Below, in pieces: positions 38,085 to 51,780 of a stretch of 64,000 nt of DNA. Position 1 is the stretch's first letter. Every line of letters begins with the position of its first letter. The notes beneath the pieces are model-generated. The model saw only the letters and a program-made list of their open reading frames with translations. It did no database searches and had not been told where the DNA came from. The stretch comes from Eukaryota sp. GEM-RC1 (Eukaryota). The stretch lies in the NCBI GenBank assembly GCA_040285855.1, contig JAUFOQ010000004.1:620001-684000 (forward strand). The letters are read 5' to 3'. Made by a program: the position numbers and the translations under genes.

Positions 38085-39451
38085 TTATGACAAGTGGTAT
38101 AGGTATAAGTTGGTGGTCGCTCCAATGGCAATGGTATTTTCAGTAGGATGCCAAGATGAAGTCAAAATCTTACGTGCAAAATCGTCATTTCCAAACTTAA
38201 CATCCTGCATAAGGTTCTTTGACTTGGAAGATCGAGATCCATACTTTGGACGTTTGTTGATAGATCTTGAGGCCTCCAATGTCGTAACATTTTTAGACTG
38301 AGAATCATAGACATTGAACAAATGTCCATAAGACCCTGTCAAAAACTTAGAGTCGTCACCTGACCATTGTACTTCAAACTTATCAAAGATACACTCATTC
38401 TTATAAACATCACAGAGATTAGATCGTAGTTGTTCGTGTACAGACACCGTTTTAACAGGGCGACTGTCCATGTTGACATCCCACAGTTTAACAGTAAGAT
38501 AATCACGTGACAAAATGTAACGTCCATTATTGGAAAACTTGACGTCACTTATACTGTTTAAGATCTCATTGAAATAAGAGTTATTAGGATTTGAAGGACG
38601 CGGAGGAAGCGCAAACCTTTTCCCATGTTGGTTACAGATAGCGGATTGCCGCATATCCGCAAGATTGATGATCCCCTTGGAAGTTCCGTAGATGAAGTGA
38701 TTACAATGAGCGGGAGAGAATGACGCGGTTGTAATGACTTCAGACAGTTCTTCCATGTTGTCGGGCTTGATGTCTACTATAGAGAAGGCTTCGCTGTTAT
38801 CCCCTAGATGCCACAAATGTATCCGTAGATCATCCGCGCTTAGAAAAGTTTCCCCGTCATTGTTGAGGGACATCGAGTTGACAGAGTACGCGTGTGCATT
38901 GGCGAAGACACGTTTACACGACGCGCTAGGCGCTGAGGATTCGGGTACAAGTTTAGGGACACGCACAGAAGATTTAGGCGTGATAAAACTATCACGCTGA
39001 TAGACTATACGTTTGGATGCTTTATCTTGAACTTTCCACAGTTTCATTGTTTTGTCATTGGTTGTTAAGAGCAGTGTTGAGTCGTTATGAGGCGGCAGCC
39101 AGCAGATCTTGTTGATACGTTCATCGATTTCTAGAGATCTAAGATAATCAAATTCAGCAAGGTGAGACTGGAACTCGGAGTAATAACGGTATTCCACACT
39201 GCGCAGAGCACGGCGAGCCTGAAATGAATGAAGAGATGTACCTCAAACCTTAGAGTCGTGGACTCGTTTAAAAAGAACAACTCTACCACCTCTATCTCCA
39301 ACAGCAAGCATGTTTCCGTCTTGATTGAACTGAACAGTAGAGATTATATCGGCTGGGGAAAGAGCCACAAGATGTAAAACAAACCCTCAACAATATCCTC
39401 AAGTTTGGCACGATCCCCGAAGACTTGACAGAATTTCCATTCTTCAGACAT
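38085..39451 (-). CDS. PPP2R2: PP2A regulatory subunit B55 (WD40)
   Basis: [59 protein letters not shown]. Introns at 39353-39384 (32 nt) and 39219-39248 (30 nt). Confidence 0.95.
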
Positions 39452-39894
39452 CAGTTTAAGCAAAAGAAAGGTGTGAAAGAAGTAGAGTAGACAGGAGGGG
39501 GTTGAGATTGGATCCTCTTTGACAAATTTGCTAGTGGAATCGTGGGAATTCCCTTTACCACTCTTGATTGTTCTTTTCAGCAGTGTTTGGTGTCATTAAA
39601 CTACATACGGAGAGCTATTGACATGTTTGGGTATTTGTAATGTAGTTCTGCCTTATAACTACAATGTGTTGTACCAGTTCTGGGACCACTGGCTTTACGT
39701 TGTTGATCTGTTGTCACTTAGAACAATTTGTCAGTTCATTTTAGTGGTTTCACACATCAAAATACAAACAGTTCTGAGAAATTTTTGTATTAGCGTGTTG
39801 TAAAGTAAATCCAGCAAATTGCATTAATACACTTAACCATCGGTAGTTCCTTCAATCAACCTCAGAAGCGGAACTTGAATCTTCGTCGTTCTAC

Positions 39895-42475
39895 ATGTTC
39901 ACCTTCTATCAAGTGAACCATTATAAAAAGCTATTCGACCAATTTTTAGTTGAACATCCGTCACGACTTACAGTTAACGATCTTTACAATCTCCTACCTC
40001 TCTTTGGTCCAGCCAGAACAATCCCCCAATGTGACCAATACATCTCCAAATACAGCGCTACCACTCACTCCCCTCCATCCCTAGACTTTGATGACTTCAT
40101 CCACTTTCTCACAGATTACGAAGAAACAATCGAAAACGAACTTGAAAAAATCAGAATCCTTTTCCAAGACTTCTCTCGTAGATACGGCCGAGGTGTTGGA
40201 AAAGAAGCCTTTCTTAAAATGATCAAAGCTGGTAATCTCCCCATCACGTCATCAGCTGTTTCCAAGGACATCCTCTCTCGCTACTTCAAGTCTGGTAACG
40301 ATACCATCTCTGCCTATCAGTTTGTTGACATTGTCAAGAGCAATACTGCCTGGATTGTTGATCAAGTTTATCCAATTGCTGTAGAAGGTAGTTTGAAGCG
40401 GAGGATTGACTTTAAAGTGTTCACTGTTTGTAATTTGGATTCACTTTCCTTCACTTGGCCTTTTCCCTATTTTATTAATTTAAAATCATTGTCGTTACAT
40501 TTAAAATTTTACCTTGCCGGCAGTTCCGTCTCCTCCCCCGTTGTTCTCTCACCTAGTTTACCTAACAATTGGGAGTTTAATGGAACTTTGTCCTTTGAGT
40601 TACCTGCCAAAATGAGAATGGCTCAGAATTGGATTGACTCTCAAAGATTGATTGTTCGATTGTACGCTTTTTGTCCATTGACCATTCCAGGACAATCAAA
40701 CTCAGGTCAAACTTCCCTATCACATTCTGAGCTACTTGCTGAAGGTGAGCTCTTTTTGAACTTTATTATGCTTGATTGCAGTCACATGTCGAAAGTCGTG
40801 GAAGTCAAGTTACATCCTTGTTTCGATAACTTTGGTCATAAGCTTAAAATTCCACTCATCCGAATGTCAATCAAATGTGATTGCGATGACGTTGTTGAAA
40901 GACGGCAAGTATTTGATGCCTTCATGATGAAAAGATACAAGAATAAAATCTCTCAAGATCTCAATATTACTACTACTGTTTGTAGTGATTCTGAGCTGCT
41001 GACGTCATTAGATTCGTTGATTACATTAGGTACCAAGCCTGCAAAGGGGTCTCGTGATCGTGACAAAATGATTGTTACTGACAATATTCGAAATGTTTCT
41101 CTGCTTTTAAATAATTGTGTCTCTAGAAGTGCATTGGTCTACAACTTTGAAAGTGAGTTCTCCAAGTATTTCCCCCTCAATCACCCACGTCATCCTGAAA
41201 ATCTCTTCAGTAACACTGATTCATATCCTTCTACTTTCTTTTCTTTTTACTCAACTTTTATTAAGGAGATTCGACAGTTAATTAGACGAAATTTTCAAAT
41301 ATTGGGACTTACTGAGCTCAATCAATTTCTTCCGATATTCTGCTTCATTTCCCCTATTGACTCTGTAGGTTCTCAATTTAGAACAAATGAGCCGTATAAT
41401 GTATTCGCGGCATCAGAAATGATTGCTAGATTAACCACCGACACAGATCGCAATCATCAATCAATTCCAAATGAGTTTCTCATGGAACGTCACCCTCATT
41501 TGGAACAAATCCGTTCTCCAGCTACTGTTTTTGCAACAAAAGAAGGTTCAATGCTTGATAAGTCCATCTTTTTGTGTAGTCTCTTTCTAGGTCTTAAGAT
41601 TGATGCTTACGTGGCATCTGGAATAGACTTTTACGATAACTTCGTCTATTGGGTTATCACGCTTGATAGTCAAGTTTTAGCTGATGATGGGTCAAAAGGA
41701 GTAATCAATCAATTACTAGTGATGGTTTGATTGTCCATCATTGGTCGGTTGACTTTGCTGGACCGATTGTTGATTATTCAAAAGTTCCGTATCAACGTAT
41801 AGGAGCGTTATTTAATATTTTTAATATTTGGATCAATATTCAAAAATCAAATCGCATAGATATAGGTCGAGCACGATATGATTTAAGCAATCAAAATGAT
41901 TGGTTGCCCTTTTTAACTCAAACTGCCAAACATCGTTTTGGAAACTTCTCTTCAGCTTATGAATGTCCTCTTAGTATGACTAAAAACCAATACCTTCAAC
42001 TGGATGTACGAGTTATGCAAAACAATTGTTTATTCAAATATTTGACAAAATTCAAAATTATAGGACAAAGACATTGAATTTGAAAAAGCCATTATTCTAC
42101 AAACCTTTATGTAAACATTTCAACAATCAGGCCCCTGTATTTTTCAATTTACACAGAAAAATGATTATCAACAGGAATATAACGTCTGAACTTGATGTAA
42201 CTCGATTAGATCCGAATCATTCAAGTCATTTACCACACTTACCCCCGAATTGTGTTTTAAAATTTAAATATTTTGTAGTTAATGCAAAGGACCCTAATTT
42301 AATTTTTAATTCAATAATTGATTCTGGCATTCTTGATTGTGTTGGTGACGTGTATTTTGGCCTTGGTACGTCAATTGAGTGTCTTATGGGTGGATTTGTC
42401 GTTTCAACCATTGTAATTGGATATTGTTTGGATGTTTTCAAATATTCAGTTCCAACAGTGCCAAGTGATAGTTAA
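39895..42475 (+). CDS. EF-hand + C2 + CEP76/CC2D2A-like (transglutaminase-like) protein
   Basis: N-terminal LDFDDFIHFL (EF-hand-like); RSPATVFATKEGSMLDKSIFLCSLFLGLKIDAYVASG..YWVITL; PYQRIGALFNIFNIWINIQ. Three ORFs join if one A is added at ~41695 and one at ~42020. Confidence 0.7.
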
Positions 42476-42506
42476 ATTTGTAAATAATTGAATTTTTTTG
42501 TAAATT

Positions 42507-43520
42507 TTAAATTTCTGGATTTCTGTTGAAATAATGGAATAACGCTTCTAGTTGTTCGTCACCTATCAAATTCTTTGCGTAACTCCCATAAAGGTCAAAG
42601 TTGACGTAAGCAAGGATTAATGAAGTGAAAGCCGTCCAGACTTTGAGTCCAACATCTGGAATAGCTTGGAAATAATTTAAAGTATTTAAAATTTTGGTCA
42701 GATTGTCCTTCATTTCATTACTCAAATCAATACCAATTTCGTGTGATATTTCCAATGCAGCACTATAGACCAATCTAGAAACAGAATCTTTCCTTATATT
42801 TAAATCAATTGCAGTTAATGGAAAACTTCTCTTGAAGTCAACCGATTTTTGACCTTCTATTTCTCTTACGGAAACTGTTGGAGCAAATTTAACTGATTTT
42901 GAATCAGTTTTGATTGAAGGTTGATCAAGTTGATTGCTTGAAGCTTCAATTGTTCTATAGTTTTTAACTTCGACAGTAATTAATTGTTGAGTCACCATTA
43001 ACAATAAAACGAAATCATCAAGATTATTATAGTACTCATCTAAAGTCAAAACATCTGAGTCACTAGAGTAAACTGGAATATCATAACCCTCGGTATTCGC
43101 ATCAGACAGTTCAACTGAAGGAGTCTCTAAGTGAGGGTCAATAGAGAGAGTGGAGAGATCATGGTGGACAACTGTGTCTTTGAGAACATTGGTGTTGTAG
43201 TCCAAAGCGGGAGGAACTCTTGTAGATGAAGAGGTAGAAGGGATTGGGTGGTGGTGGGAGGTTTTGTAGTTGTAGAGAAGTTGTAGTTTGGAAGAACATG
43301 ATGGGCTGCAGAAGTTGGTATAAGTGTTGTTCTTCCGCGATAGTCGTGAAGGAGAAGGTGGTGATGGTGGAGAGGAACAACAGAAGTAGCCACATAGACC
43401 ATTGACAACTCGTTCTTCAACTATTTCAGTTATTGTGGAAGGTTTGAAGAGGTGAGAGTATAGAGGGAGATCACTTTCTGGAACAGCTTGTTCATATAAA
43501 GTACACACCGAAACAGACAT
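42507..43520 (-). CDS. RPAP2: RNA polymerase II-associated protein 2 / Rtr1 CTD phosphatase
   Basis: EIVEERVVNGLCGYFCC...NFCSPSC zinc-binding signature. Confidence 0.8.
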   Translation of the reverse strand: MSVSVCTLYEQAVPESDLPLYSHLFKPSTITEIVEERVVNGLCGYFCCSSPPSPPSPSRLSRKNNTYTNFCSPSCSSKLQLLYNYKTSHHHPIPSTSSSTRVPPALDYNTNVLKDTVVHHDLSTLSIDPHLETPSVELSDANTEGYDIPVYSSDSDVLTLDEYYNNLDDFVLLLMVTQQLITVEVKNYRTIEASSNQLDQPSIKTDSKSVKFAPTVSVREIEGQKSVDFKRSFPLTAIDLNIRKDSVSRLVYSAALEISHEIGIDLSNEMKDNLTKILNTLNYFQAIPDVGLKVWTAFTSLILAYVNFDLYGSYAKNLIGDEQLEALFHYFNRNPEI

Positions 43521-43799
43521 CAGCTAATAGCTTATAAATGTCAAATAATAGTGACCTGGTTAAGGAGAGAAAATTATGTTGAAGTTCTTTTCAAAACTTC
43601 AGCGGTTTACCATAATGGTAGACCACGAGAGAAATTTGACAACCACTGATACAGCTCATGGTTGTCTAGGGATTGCTTATACTGATTCACAGTAAACTTT
43701 TTGAGAAATTGTCAACCATGGTCATGTAACTTAATGACGAATAATTTCTGAAACTTCGCCAAAATGTAATAATTTACGTAAATTTAACTTCATTGTTTT

Positions 43800-44375
43800 T
43801 CAGAAAGGCAAAGAAGGATATGGCCTTTGAAAAACTGAAAAAAGTTTTAAGTTCATAAGTGCATCTTTTATACAGTAATTGGTCAATTCAGCTCTTTCTT
43901 CAGTTGTTTGCATTAGAATAGAATTGCATTTGCTGAGTTTAGATTTTCCTTCAGCTAAAATACTTGAGGAAACACTGTTGAGACTGTTGAAGTTAAATTC
44001 TTCTTGGCAAAAGAACAACAGTCATATCGTCATGAATGATGGTAGAATGGATTTTTAAAATTGTCTCTCTTTGAAGAATGTATGGTAGATCAAAGAAATC
44101 AGAATAAAAGCTTGAAAGAAAATCTGGTGAAAATGAATTAAACAAAAATAAGGAAACTCGAAATCAAAAGGGATTCAGATCTAAATAAAAACTATTACTT
44201 TCAGAATCTAATGTTGTAACCTTTCCAAAACTAAGCAAATGGTTTTCAACATTAAAATTCTTTTCATTTATAAAATAACAAAATGAATAACCAATCATGA
44301 CGATCGAAACCACAAAACTTCCTTCATCAAATTCATTGGGAGTTTCAATATCAACTACTGAAAGGGTGGACATTT
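43800..44375 (-). pseudogene. Relic of a PolB-type DEDDy exonuclease domain related to the one at 33840-34598
   Basis: MSTLSVVDIET (ExoI), DFFDLPYILQR (ExoII), SLNSVSSSIL, LTNYCIKDALMNLKLFSVFQ (ExoIII; compare LINYCLHDSILAFKLFILFQ). Confidence 0.7.
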
Positions 44376-45183
44376 TGGCAGTTGATTTGACTCTTATATA
44401 TGGATCCACTGAAGGTGAAGCTTTTAATTTTCGCGTATGTTGATACCACGAGAACGTAATTTGACAATAGTGTTTCCATTTCTATATTCATTTTGAAAAT
44501 AGACACAGACATGTTAGAGGGAACCTCAATTCTATAGCTTTAAACATATACGTAATTCTTTGTGATTCCTACCACTTCTAACTTGGAACAAGCATCATAT
44601 TGACGATTTGATACACCTCAGTATTGGAAATACATGTGGTATTAATATAATGGGTTTGGATTTTTGTGAATTTGTCGCTATACATACCATTTAATGACGT
44701 CCGTACTGATAACAAGAAACTATTTTTAAATAAAACGGTATATTATGTTACAAACATCTTGGTACAGTACTAGACATTGTTTAAATATTCATTTAACAAT
44801 TGCACATTGAGTATTTTCGTGGAGTATTTTGAAGGTCTGGTCCATGGTTCACAGATTTTTATTGGGTCTGGTCTGTAAGTATAAAGACTGTTTCCGACCT
44901 TTGCCCATCACCAAATTGTATCATGGTAGATCAAGAGTAGATGTAGAGCATTTAATATCATTTAACTACTAGTTGGTATTTCGTTAATTTTTGACATAAC
45001 AAAGTTAATTAAAAACAAAAATAAGTATGTTAATGACTCTTGAAAAGTGAAGTCTACAAGTGACTTGAGTTGGAGTTTCCCCATCCTACTTCTAACCAAA
45101 AATACCATGGTCCCTCTTTTTTAAAATCTTAATTTATCATGAATGAAACCTTTGCACCTGTCATCACTGCAGTATTCCGAGTA

Positions 45184-46308
45184 CAGTCAACTATGTCTAT
45201 AGCGTCACTAAATGGTAGAACGCTATAACCGTTTTACGCTATATAGGTAAACCTCAGTGTGCCCATCTGTACAATAACAAATATGTATCAATCAAACCTA
45301 AGCAGAACAAACTACATGTGGGTCATCCAAACAATCTAACAGTGGATGGGAATCGAGCCCTGAACTATGAGAACTGCAACATAAAAGTGGGGATGGTAAA
45401 TTCGACACAGTTGAATTCAAGAAGGAGCATAAACGTTGCAATTCTTGAGTTGTGGCCTCACCCTATCTATATCTAGTAGCAAAAGAGTGGAGAATGTCAA
45501 GAACTTCTCCTTCTCCCAACAAACGATTATCTTCCTTTACTACACTGGAACTCCCCATTTCTGTGTGAACTACACTTTCATTCATAACACTTTGTCCAAT
45601 AAGTGTGATCAATGACTCCTCCGTATTTTCTTCTCTCGCTATAGCGGCATCAACCCTGTCTTCCTCTGTTTCTTCTCAAAAAACCACGGAACGTTTTGTT
45701 CCCAAGTCAATATCGCCAATCAAACCTGTTTTCCTCCACACCTTCTAGATGACGCTAACTTCTGCTTCCTGCAAAGCATCGACAAGTGTGTGAATTACAT
45801 GATGAAGATCGAAGTTTTTTAGAACAACCTCGAGATCTCGTACTATTTTTCTTGCACACCACTTTCTCAATAAACGTCTGTATCCACATTTGCAACTTCT
45901 TATGATTCCCTAATATAATGGCTGTGACGATGTATTTGGTGGTAGATACAACAGTCTCACATGATTCAATGTTGAAACACAGTCGTCGTTGACAACAAAG
46001 TTATCAAGATGATACATTATCACTGTAGTGATGAAGTCGGAGGCTGAAAAGGAGAAGTTGGAGGTTATTCTGCGGAACTGCGTTCCAATTTGCATAAGGA
46101 AAGAAACACATCGAGTGCAACATCAAATTCTGCTTGAAAGAACGACAAAAGTGTGACCGGATACCATGATTTATTCAGAAACGGTCTATTGGGACAACAC
46201 TACGAGAAAACAGATTGTGGCACGGGAAAAAATGTCGGACAGTGAAAATTGTACGCTATAAACAGTTTTACGCTATAAAGATTGTGACGCTATAGACATA
46301 GTCGACTG
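45184..46308 (-). mobile_element. Internally deleted pogo/Tigger-like DNA transposon
   Basis: TIR cagtc(a/g)actatgtctatagcgtcac flanked by TA; DDE relic LDNF...HVRLLYLPPNTSSQPLY. Confidence 0.85.
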
Positions 46309-46759
46309 TATTTAGTCTGGATAAACAATTAGTCTGGACTTTAATTAGTCTGGTTCAGACTAATTCATACGTGTATGTATTGGATCTCTTTCAAAAGGTC
46401 ATTTTTTTACAACAATTAGTCTGGTTTTCACAATAAATTGTAAACACAATACACTACAAAGATACATATGGATTACAAAAGAAAGACATGATAGAGAGTG
46501 GACTGTGTACATCAAGTGGAAAGCTATAGAACACAGGACAATTGAACTTTTGCAATTGGCAGAAGACACTTTGAGAGAAGTAAACGATCAAAGAAACGAA
46601 AATGATTAACATAAGCTCGTAAAGCAATGATTCTTTGTGGGTTGTCGTTAAACACAAACAGACTGTGGAGACCGTTGAAACTAGAGCTACGGGCGTTCAT
46701 ATCCAAGTATTTAGAATAATTTGAAGTAATGATACCAGACACTGTTTCTGACAGTGATT

Positions 46760-47278
46760 GGCTTTGCGGTAGAATCTGTTGAATCTTTAGTTTTGAGTTT
46801 TTCGTCTAGTCTTAAACATGAATATTTAAATATTTCAAATGGAGGAAAAACTGTTACTCACCATGGCTCAGTTTTTACTTGGAAAAATGTTCTTTCAGAA
46901 ACTCCTCTTCTTACAGGAAATGTCTATAAAGTTAGGGCTGATAATGGCATTCCTTCGTCTGTTAGTAATGCTCGAATGATTGGAATTATTCCCAGAAAAG
47001 AGTTTGATTGTAGTGGTAGTGTTTGGAATGGGTCAAATGCTCATTGTTTCATCAGTTCTTGGAATACTTTCTTCAATCCGTAAGGATCATCTAACGGTGC
47101 TTGGAACCGAAATGAAATCATTGAAATCACAATTACTCTTGTGAATAATTCAATACCTGTTACAAAAGAGTCAGACCTTGGATTTAATTGTGCAAAAGAA
47201 ACTAGTTCTTTAAATAATGATAACTACCATCTTGTTGGGTGTTTGCTTGAACTAAATTCTGTTCTTGAATTGTTGTAG
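46760..47278 (+). pseudogene. SPRY/B30.2-like domain fragment
   Basis: FSSSLKHEYLNISNGGKTVT...WKNVLSETPL...MIGII; the frame stays open past an internal TAA at 47081-47083. Confidence 0.5.
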
Positions 47279-47505
47279 CTTTATTTTCTTATAAACTTTT
47301 ACTCAGTCTGTATGGATATCTCTTTGAATACATTTCAGTGGTTTTAAAGTCGACCTGTATACAGAAAAACTACACTAGTAAATAGGAAGATCTAAATTGT
47401 CAAAGAAGTTTAGTTCAAATTTGCTTTTGGAATCATTTTGAAGTCGTACCTGACCTGAACATTCCTCTACTATAGAAGTAGTTGTTTGTTCGCTTGTTCT
47501 CACTC

Positions 47506-47555
47506 CTTGTTTCTGTTCTACTTGTTTCTGTTCTACTTGTTTCTGTTCTACTTGT
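47506..47555 (+). repeat. 15-bp tandem repeat (cttgtttctgttcta) x3
   Basis: Read directly, just upstream of the XPG-like ATG. Confidence 0.85.
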
Positions 47556-47565
47556 CTTTCTTCTC

Positions 47566-49584
47566 ATGGGAGTTAAAGCTTTCTGGTCCTTGATAGATTC
47601 CACGGCTGAAGGTCTTTCCCTTTCTCATTTCGCACACTCTGTCTTCATTATAGATGCTTCATTCTGGCTTGTTCAACTAGACTCCATCAATACTTCAAAG
47701 GAGAAAACCTTGTACATTCTCATTTCTCGTTTGTTAAAACTAATGCATTATGACATCCACCCAGTCTTTGTCTTTGACGGACCCTCTTCAAGACTCAAGA
47801 GTGACACTTTAAAACTCCGTCGTAAACGTCGTCACCTATCTCTTCATAAACTAGAGGTTGCTGCACAAAACTACTTACTTTCATCTATTGAAGATCATGC
47901 TGCGTCATCAGCTCAAATTTCCACGTCATCAGATATACTTTCATGTACTAATTCTACAGACAAATCTCAACAGTTTTCAGCTAAACAATTTTTCTAATAA
48001 GTTGTCTTCTGTTACTGACTTTGGTGTTTCTTCACCACCAGTTAAGCAAAAGAAGACAAGTTTCGAGATTCCTATTAGTACAGATCCAATCACTGAGGAT
48101 GACGTTCTTGATTTCTTGAAATCGCCTCTTTCCGAAAGAGAAGAGTTCAGTTTTAATCAAGACGTACCTTCTTCTTCTGTTGATGACGTCATGAGTTCTG
48201 CAGTTGATCAACATCCTCCTTTTCACTCATCTCCTACTACTTCATCCACTCCTGTTGCTTCCCCTTCTCAGTCTGATGACGTGGAAGTTGAGGTTGACGA
48301 CTCATCTCCATCTGATTCTTGTTTTGAAAAGAAGTTTCCTTCCGATCTTCTCCAATTAATAGTATTGAAGTTACCTCAAAACCCCACTTCAATATTGAAG
48401 TAGAATCAGACAATGTGGAAAAACAAGACAGTCTTTTTCAAAGTGACTGTCAAGTTGTTGATGTTGATAAAGTTGATCAAGTTACAGATGAAAGAGTTGT
48501 AAAGTCAGTAGAAAATGAATCTGACCAAGAGTTAGAAGTCGAATATAAAGACGGACTCTCAGAAGTGGATTTCATTGAGTTTATTGAAGAAGAAGAAGAA
48601 TTTCTTGAAGAAAACAAAGAGGAGGAAAAGAAAGAGCTACCTAAAGTTCTTCATCAATCACTTATTTCAAGTTATTTCAAGAGAACGCCAGAGACTTCTA
48701 AAGACTTCTCTGGACTTCGGGAGGTTGATTTTGACCTTGCTTCCACTTCTGAAATTTTGAGTCACTTGTGTAAAAAATTTGGTTTTCTCAAGGTGAATGC
48801 TGTTGCTGATGCAGAGGCTGAATGTGTTAATATCGAAAATATTTTAAATTCTATGGAAAATTTCAATAGAAGAGTTTATGTAATTTCTGACGATTCAGAT
48901 TCCTTCTTTTCGGCGGCAAGAATGTCATTCGAATGGACTTTGCCAATGAAAGTTGTGTTGCTTATAATATTGATCGAATTTTAAATTATTTAAATTTAAA
49001 ATTTGATGAATTATTGTTGTTTCCTATACTTGTTTCTTCTGATTTTTCGATTGGCATTGGCAACTGTTCCAAGTTTGTGGCTCTTCTATGTCTTGCAGTG
49101 CTCAAAATATTTAAACAATTTCAAAATTTGAACACTGATTTAGTTTTTGATGATCTCTATTCTTTAAAAAAGTTGATTTCTGATTCATCTAAAATATTTG
49201 AAATTATTGAACATTCTAAAGGCATGTCGATTTCGTCTAAGAAAGTTCTTAAGGAGTTCCTAAATAGAAGTACAAGACTTATTGTTCCAGAAGATTTTCC
49301 TTCAATCCAAGCTTTTCAATATTTTAAAAATCCGCAAGGAGCTGTTTCTATTGTTGAAACGGATAATTTTAATTTTTCCCATATGATAAGTTTGAATTGT
49401 TTATCGAAAAAACTTAACTTTATTCAAATCTAAGGCTTTGGAGATGTTATCTAATTGCATAAACTCTTCATATGTCTCTGACAGATCACCATTGAGCTCT
49501 ACTGAATCATCTACTGTTTCGAAAAAGGAAAGTGGAGTCTTTCAACATATACTTAAAGTCCTACAGAAGTACAATCAAAAATGA
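47566..49584 (+). CDS. XPG/Rad2-family structure-specific nuclease; several indels
   Basis: N-domain MGVKAFW...IIDASFWL...PVFVFDG...LKSDTL..RR; acidic spacer; I-domain DAEAEC...ISDDSDS and SDFSIGIGNC (H3TH-like). Confidence 0.8.
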
Positions 49585-50134
49585 TTGAAGATTAACGTTG
49601 ACTATGTGATAGCTGATATCAGTGATGACTTCAGTTTCTTTTCGAAGGGTTTTCTTTTACAATTGAATGTGTTTTTTTTCATTCTTTAGATGAATATTGT
49701 CGTGATTCTTAATCTTTGAATATTGAAGGAGGATTCGACGCACTTTTGTTTTTAAAAGAAAATCACTGGCAAACTCGTGAACCACGACGTACTAGAATTC
49801 TTCTTTGAATGTAATATGAAAGATCTCTTATTTATCATTTCAATTTTAGTATTGATGTTGTTTGATTTAAAGTTCATTTGTATCTCACTTTCAGGGTATT
49901 GGAGAATTTTTCCAGATAGATAGGCTACTGTTTGAGTTTGAGATTTAAGAATGTGTTCGTTGTACATCTTTTTTGTTTTCCGTTTGTTTTGTTTGTAAGT
50001 TTTTCATAAACAGTACTTATACTCATTTAAATATAAGCACATTTTTCAAAGAGTGGTGATCAGGGCTCCTCATAAATATAAATTATATATATTTCTATTT
50101 ATTTCTGTTTATATTTATTTTTGAGCCTTTTTTA

Positions 50135-51027
50135 TAGAGATGGGCAACGACTCAACTGAACTCAGCCGAGTCGAGTCGCACTCTGCTCCACGCTAAGTTC
50201 ACTGGCCCTTAGACTCGACTCGACTTCCAAAAGTGGAGTCGACTGAACTAAGCGACTTAGTCGAGTCGAGTGGGCATTAGTCCGAACTAACATTGAGCTA
50301 ATTTGTTCGATGAAATCAATCATTAATTTCATACCTTTACTCAAACTGTGTCTGTGTGTATGATTATATGCTCGCCTAGGAATTGCCAACTTACATAAAG
50401 TGTTGTAATCAGTAAAAATGATCTTTCTTCTTGATAATAGAAGACGCATGACCAATGAAAGGATTTGAATGACAAGGGTAAGATGTGTTTGTCTTCTCTT
50501 CATGTACTGAAGTAGTAACTGCAACACGATGATGTCATGTTTTCTTGTTCTGAAACAATGATACAAAAACTTGAAAATACTATACTAGTGGGAAGAAGTG
50601 ATAAATTACTGTCAGCAACCACAGTAAAGCATTGGACACAATCAACCACATGTACTATCGTTCACTTTTTTGAGGGGATGTGCGGTCATGAGGCAATGAA
50701 GAAGTAAGAAGTCTTGTGATTTCGTATACACCTTGCTTGTATAAAAAGTACCGGACTAGTAGCTGTGTATTTATTTGAATTGGATTTGTTTAAACATGAG
50801 TAGAAATGAGTATGTAGAACTGACCTTGACAACAACTTCAACAATATAAATTAGTGCACACTCGAACGGACTCGACTGGACTAGGGTAAGTTGGAGCTGA
50901 CTCGACTCCACACTCGAGTTCACTGACCATGAGACTCGACTCGACTACTAAAAGTGGAGTCGGCTACACTAACTAGTCGAGTCGAGTCGGAGTCTAGTCG
51001 ACTAGTCGAGTCGATTGCCCATCTCTA
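50135..51027. mobile_element. hAT-type MITE
   Basis: TIR tagagatgggcaa / ttgcccatctcta; arrays of gactc/gagtc; flanks c(t)6a and c(t)7a differ by one T. Confidence 0.85.
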
Positions 51028-51364
51028 CTTTTTTTATCTGTATATTTTTATTATGGGTCAAATTCATTTACACTCATTTCACAAATCAATAATTCACACA
51101 TACTCAAATTGAAATCAAAAATTCAAAACATACTCAAACTATACTCAGTCAATCTGCACACGGAACTCTGCTTTTTTTATATTATTTTATTTTTGTTATT
51201 AAATATAACCACCTATATCATCTACTACTTGTTTGGGCATGACTTCATAGTATGACCTTTCTTCTTACAAACACTACATCCATATCTTCCTCGACCCTTC
51301 TTGATCTCCGGCTCTCCGTAACTCGTGATCCTTCTTGTTTTTGGTCTTCCTCTTCCTCGCTTTT

Positions 51365-51780
51365 CCATTAAAATTTGACATCATTAAAACAACACCCGTC
51401 GCAATCAAACCTTACAACAGCTTTGTCCTCATAAAAGGATCTGACAGCTTGTAAAGTTTTGGAGATGATTAGAGGAATTGTTATAAATACAGTAAAATCG
51501 AAACGATTTAATTATAGCTTATGATCAAAGCGTTTGTCCCATTTTTAACGATTTTCCGAAATCATTTAAAGAAATTCAATGCACTTTTTCCTAAACGTCC
51601 ATAAATTGGAAACATCAAAAGGGCAAAATTCGTATTCAACATGTTTTACATGTTTTAGAACCATCAATGGTTTCTTGTACTTATCCTGCTTGGCTTGTTC
51701 AGAGATGTCTAAAGGGGAAGTTTCAGAGTAAGCATTCGTTAAAGATGTCTTTTACAAACATCCATTTTGAATGAACTCAT
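51365..51780 (-). mobile_element. RLE non-LTR retrotransposon 3' fragment
   Basis: Minus strand reads ETSPLDISEQAKQDKYKKP..VLKHVKHVEYEFCPFDVSNLWTFRK and ends EDKAVVRFDCDGCCFND; same family as 25375 and 61520. Confidence 0.7.

Noticed and set aside
49752..49967. SSTSWFTSLP segment as another RLE retrotransposon relic
   Set aside because: A single short motif is too weak to call.
50135..51027. gactc/gagtc arrays and ORF 50162-50566 as a gene or CRISPR-like locus
   Set aside because: They are subterminal repeats of a TIR/TSD-bounded MITE; the ORF has no recognisable motif.
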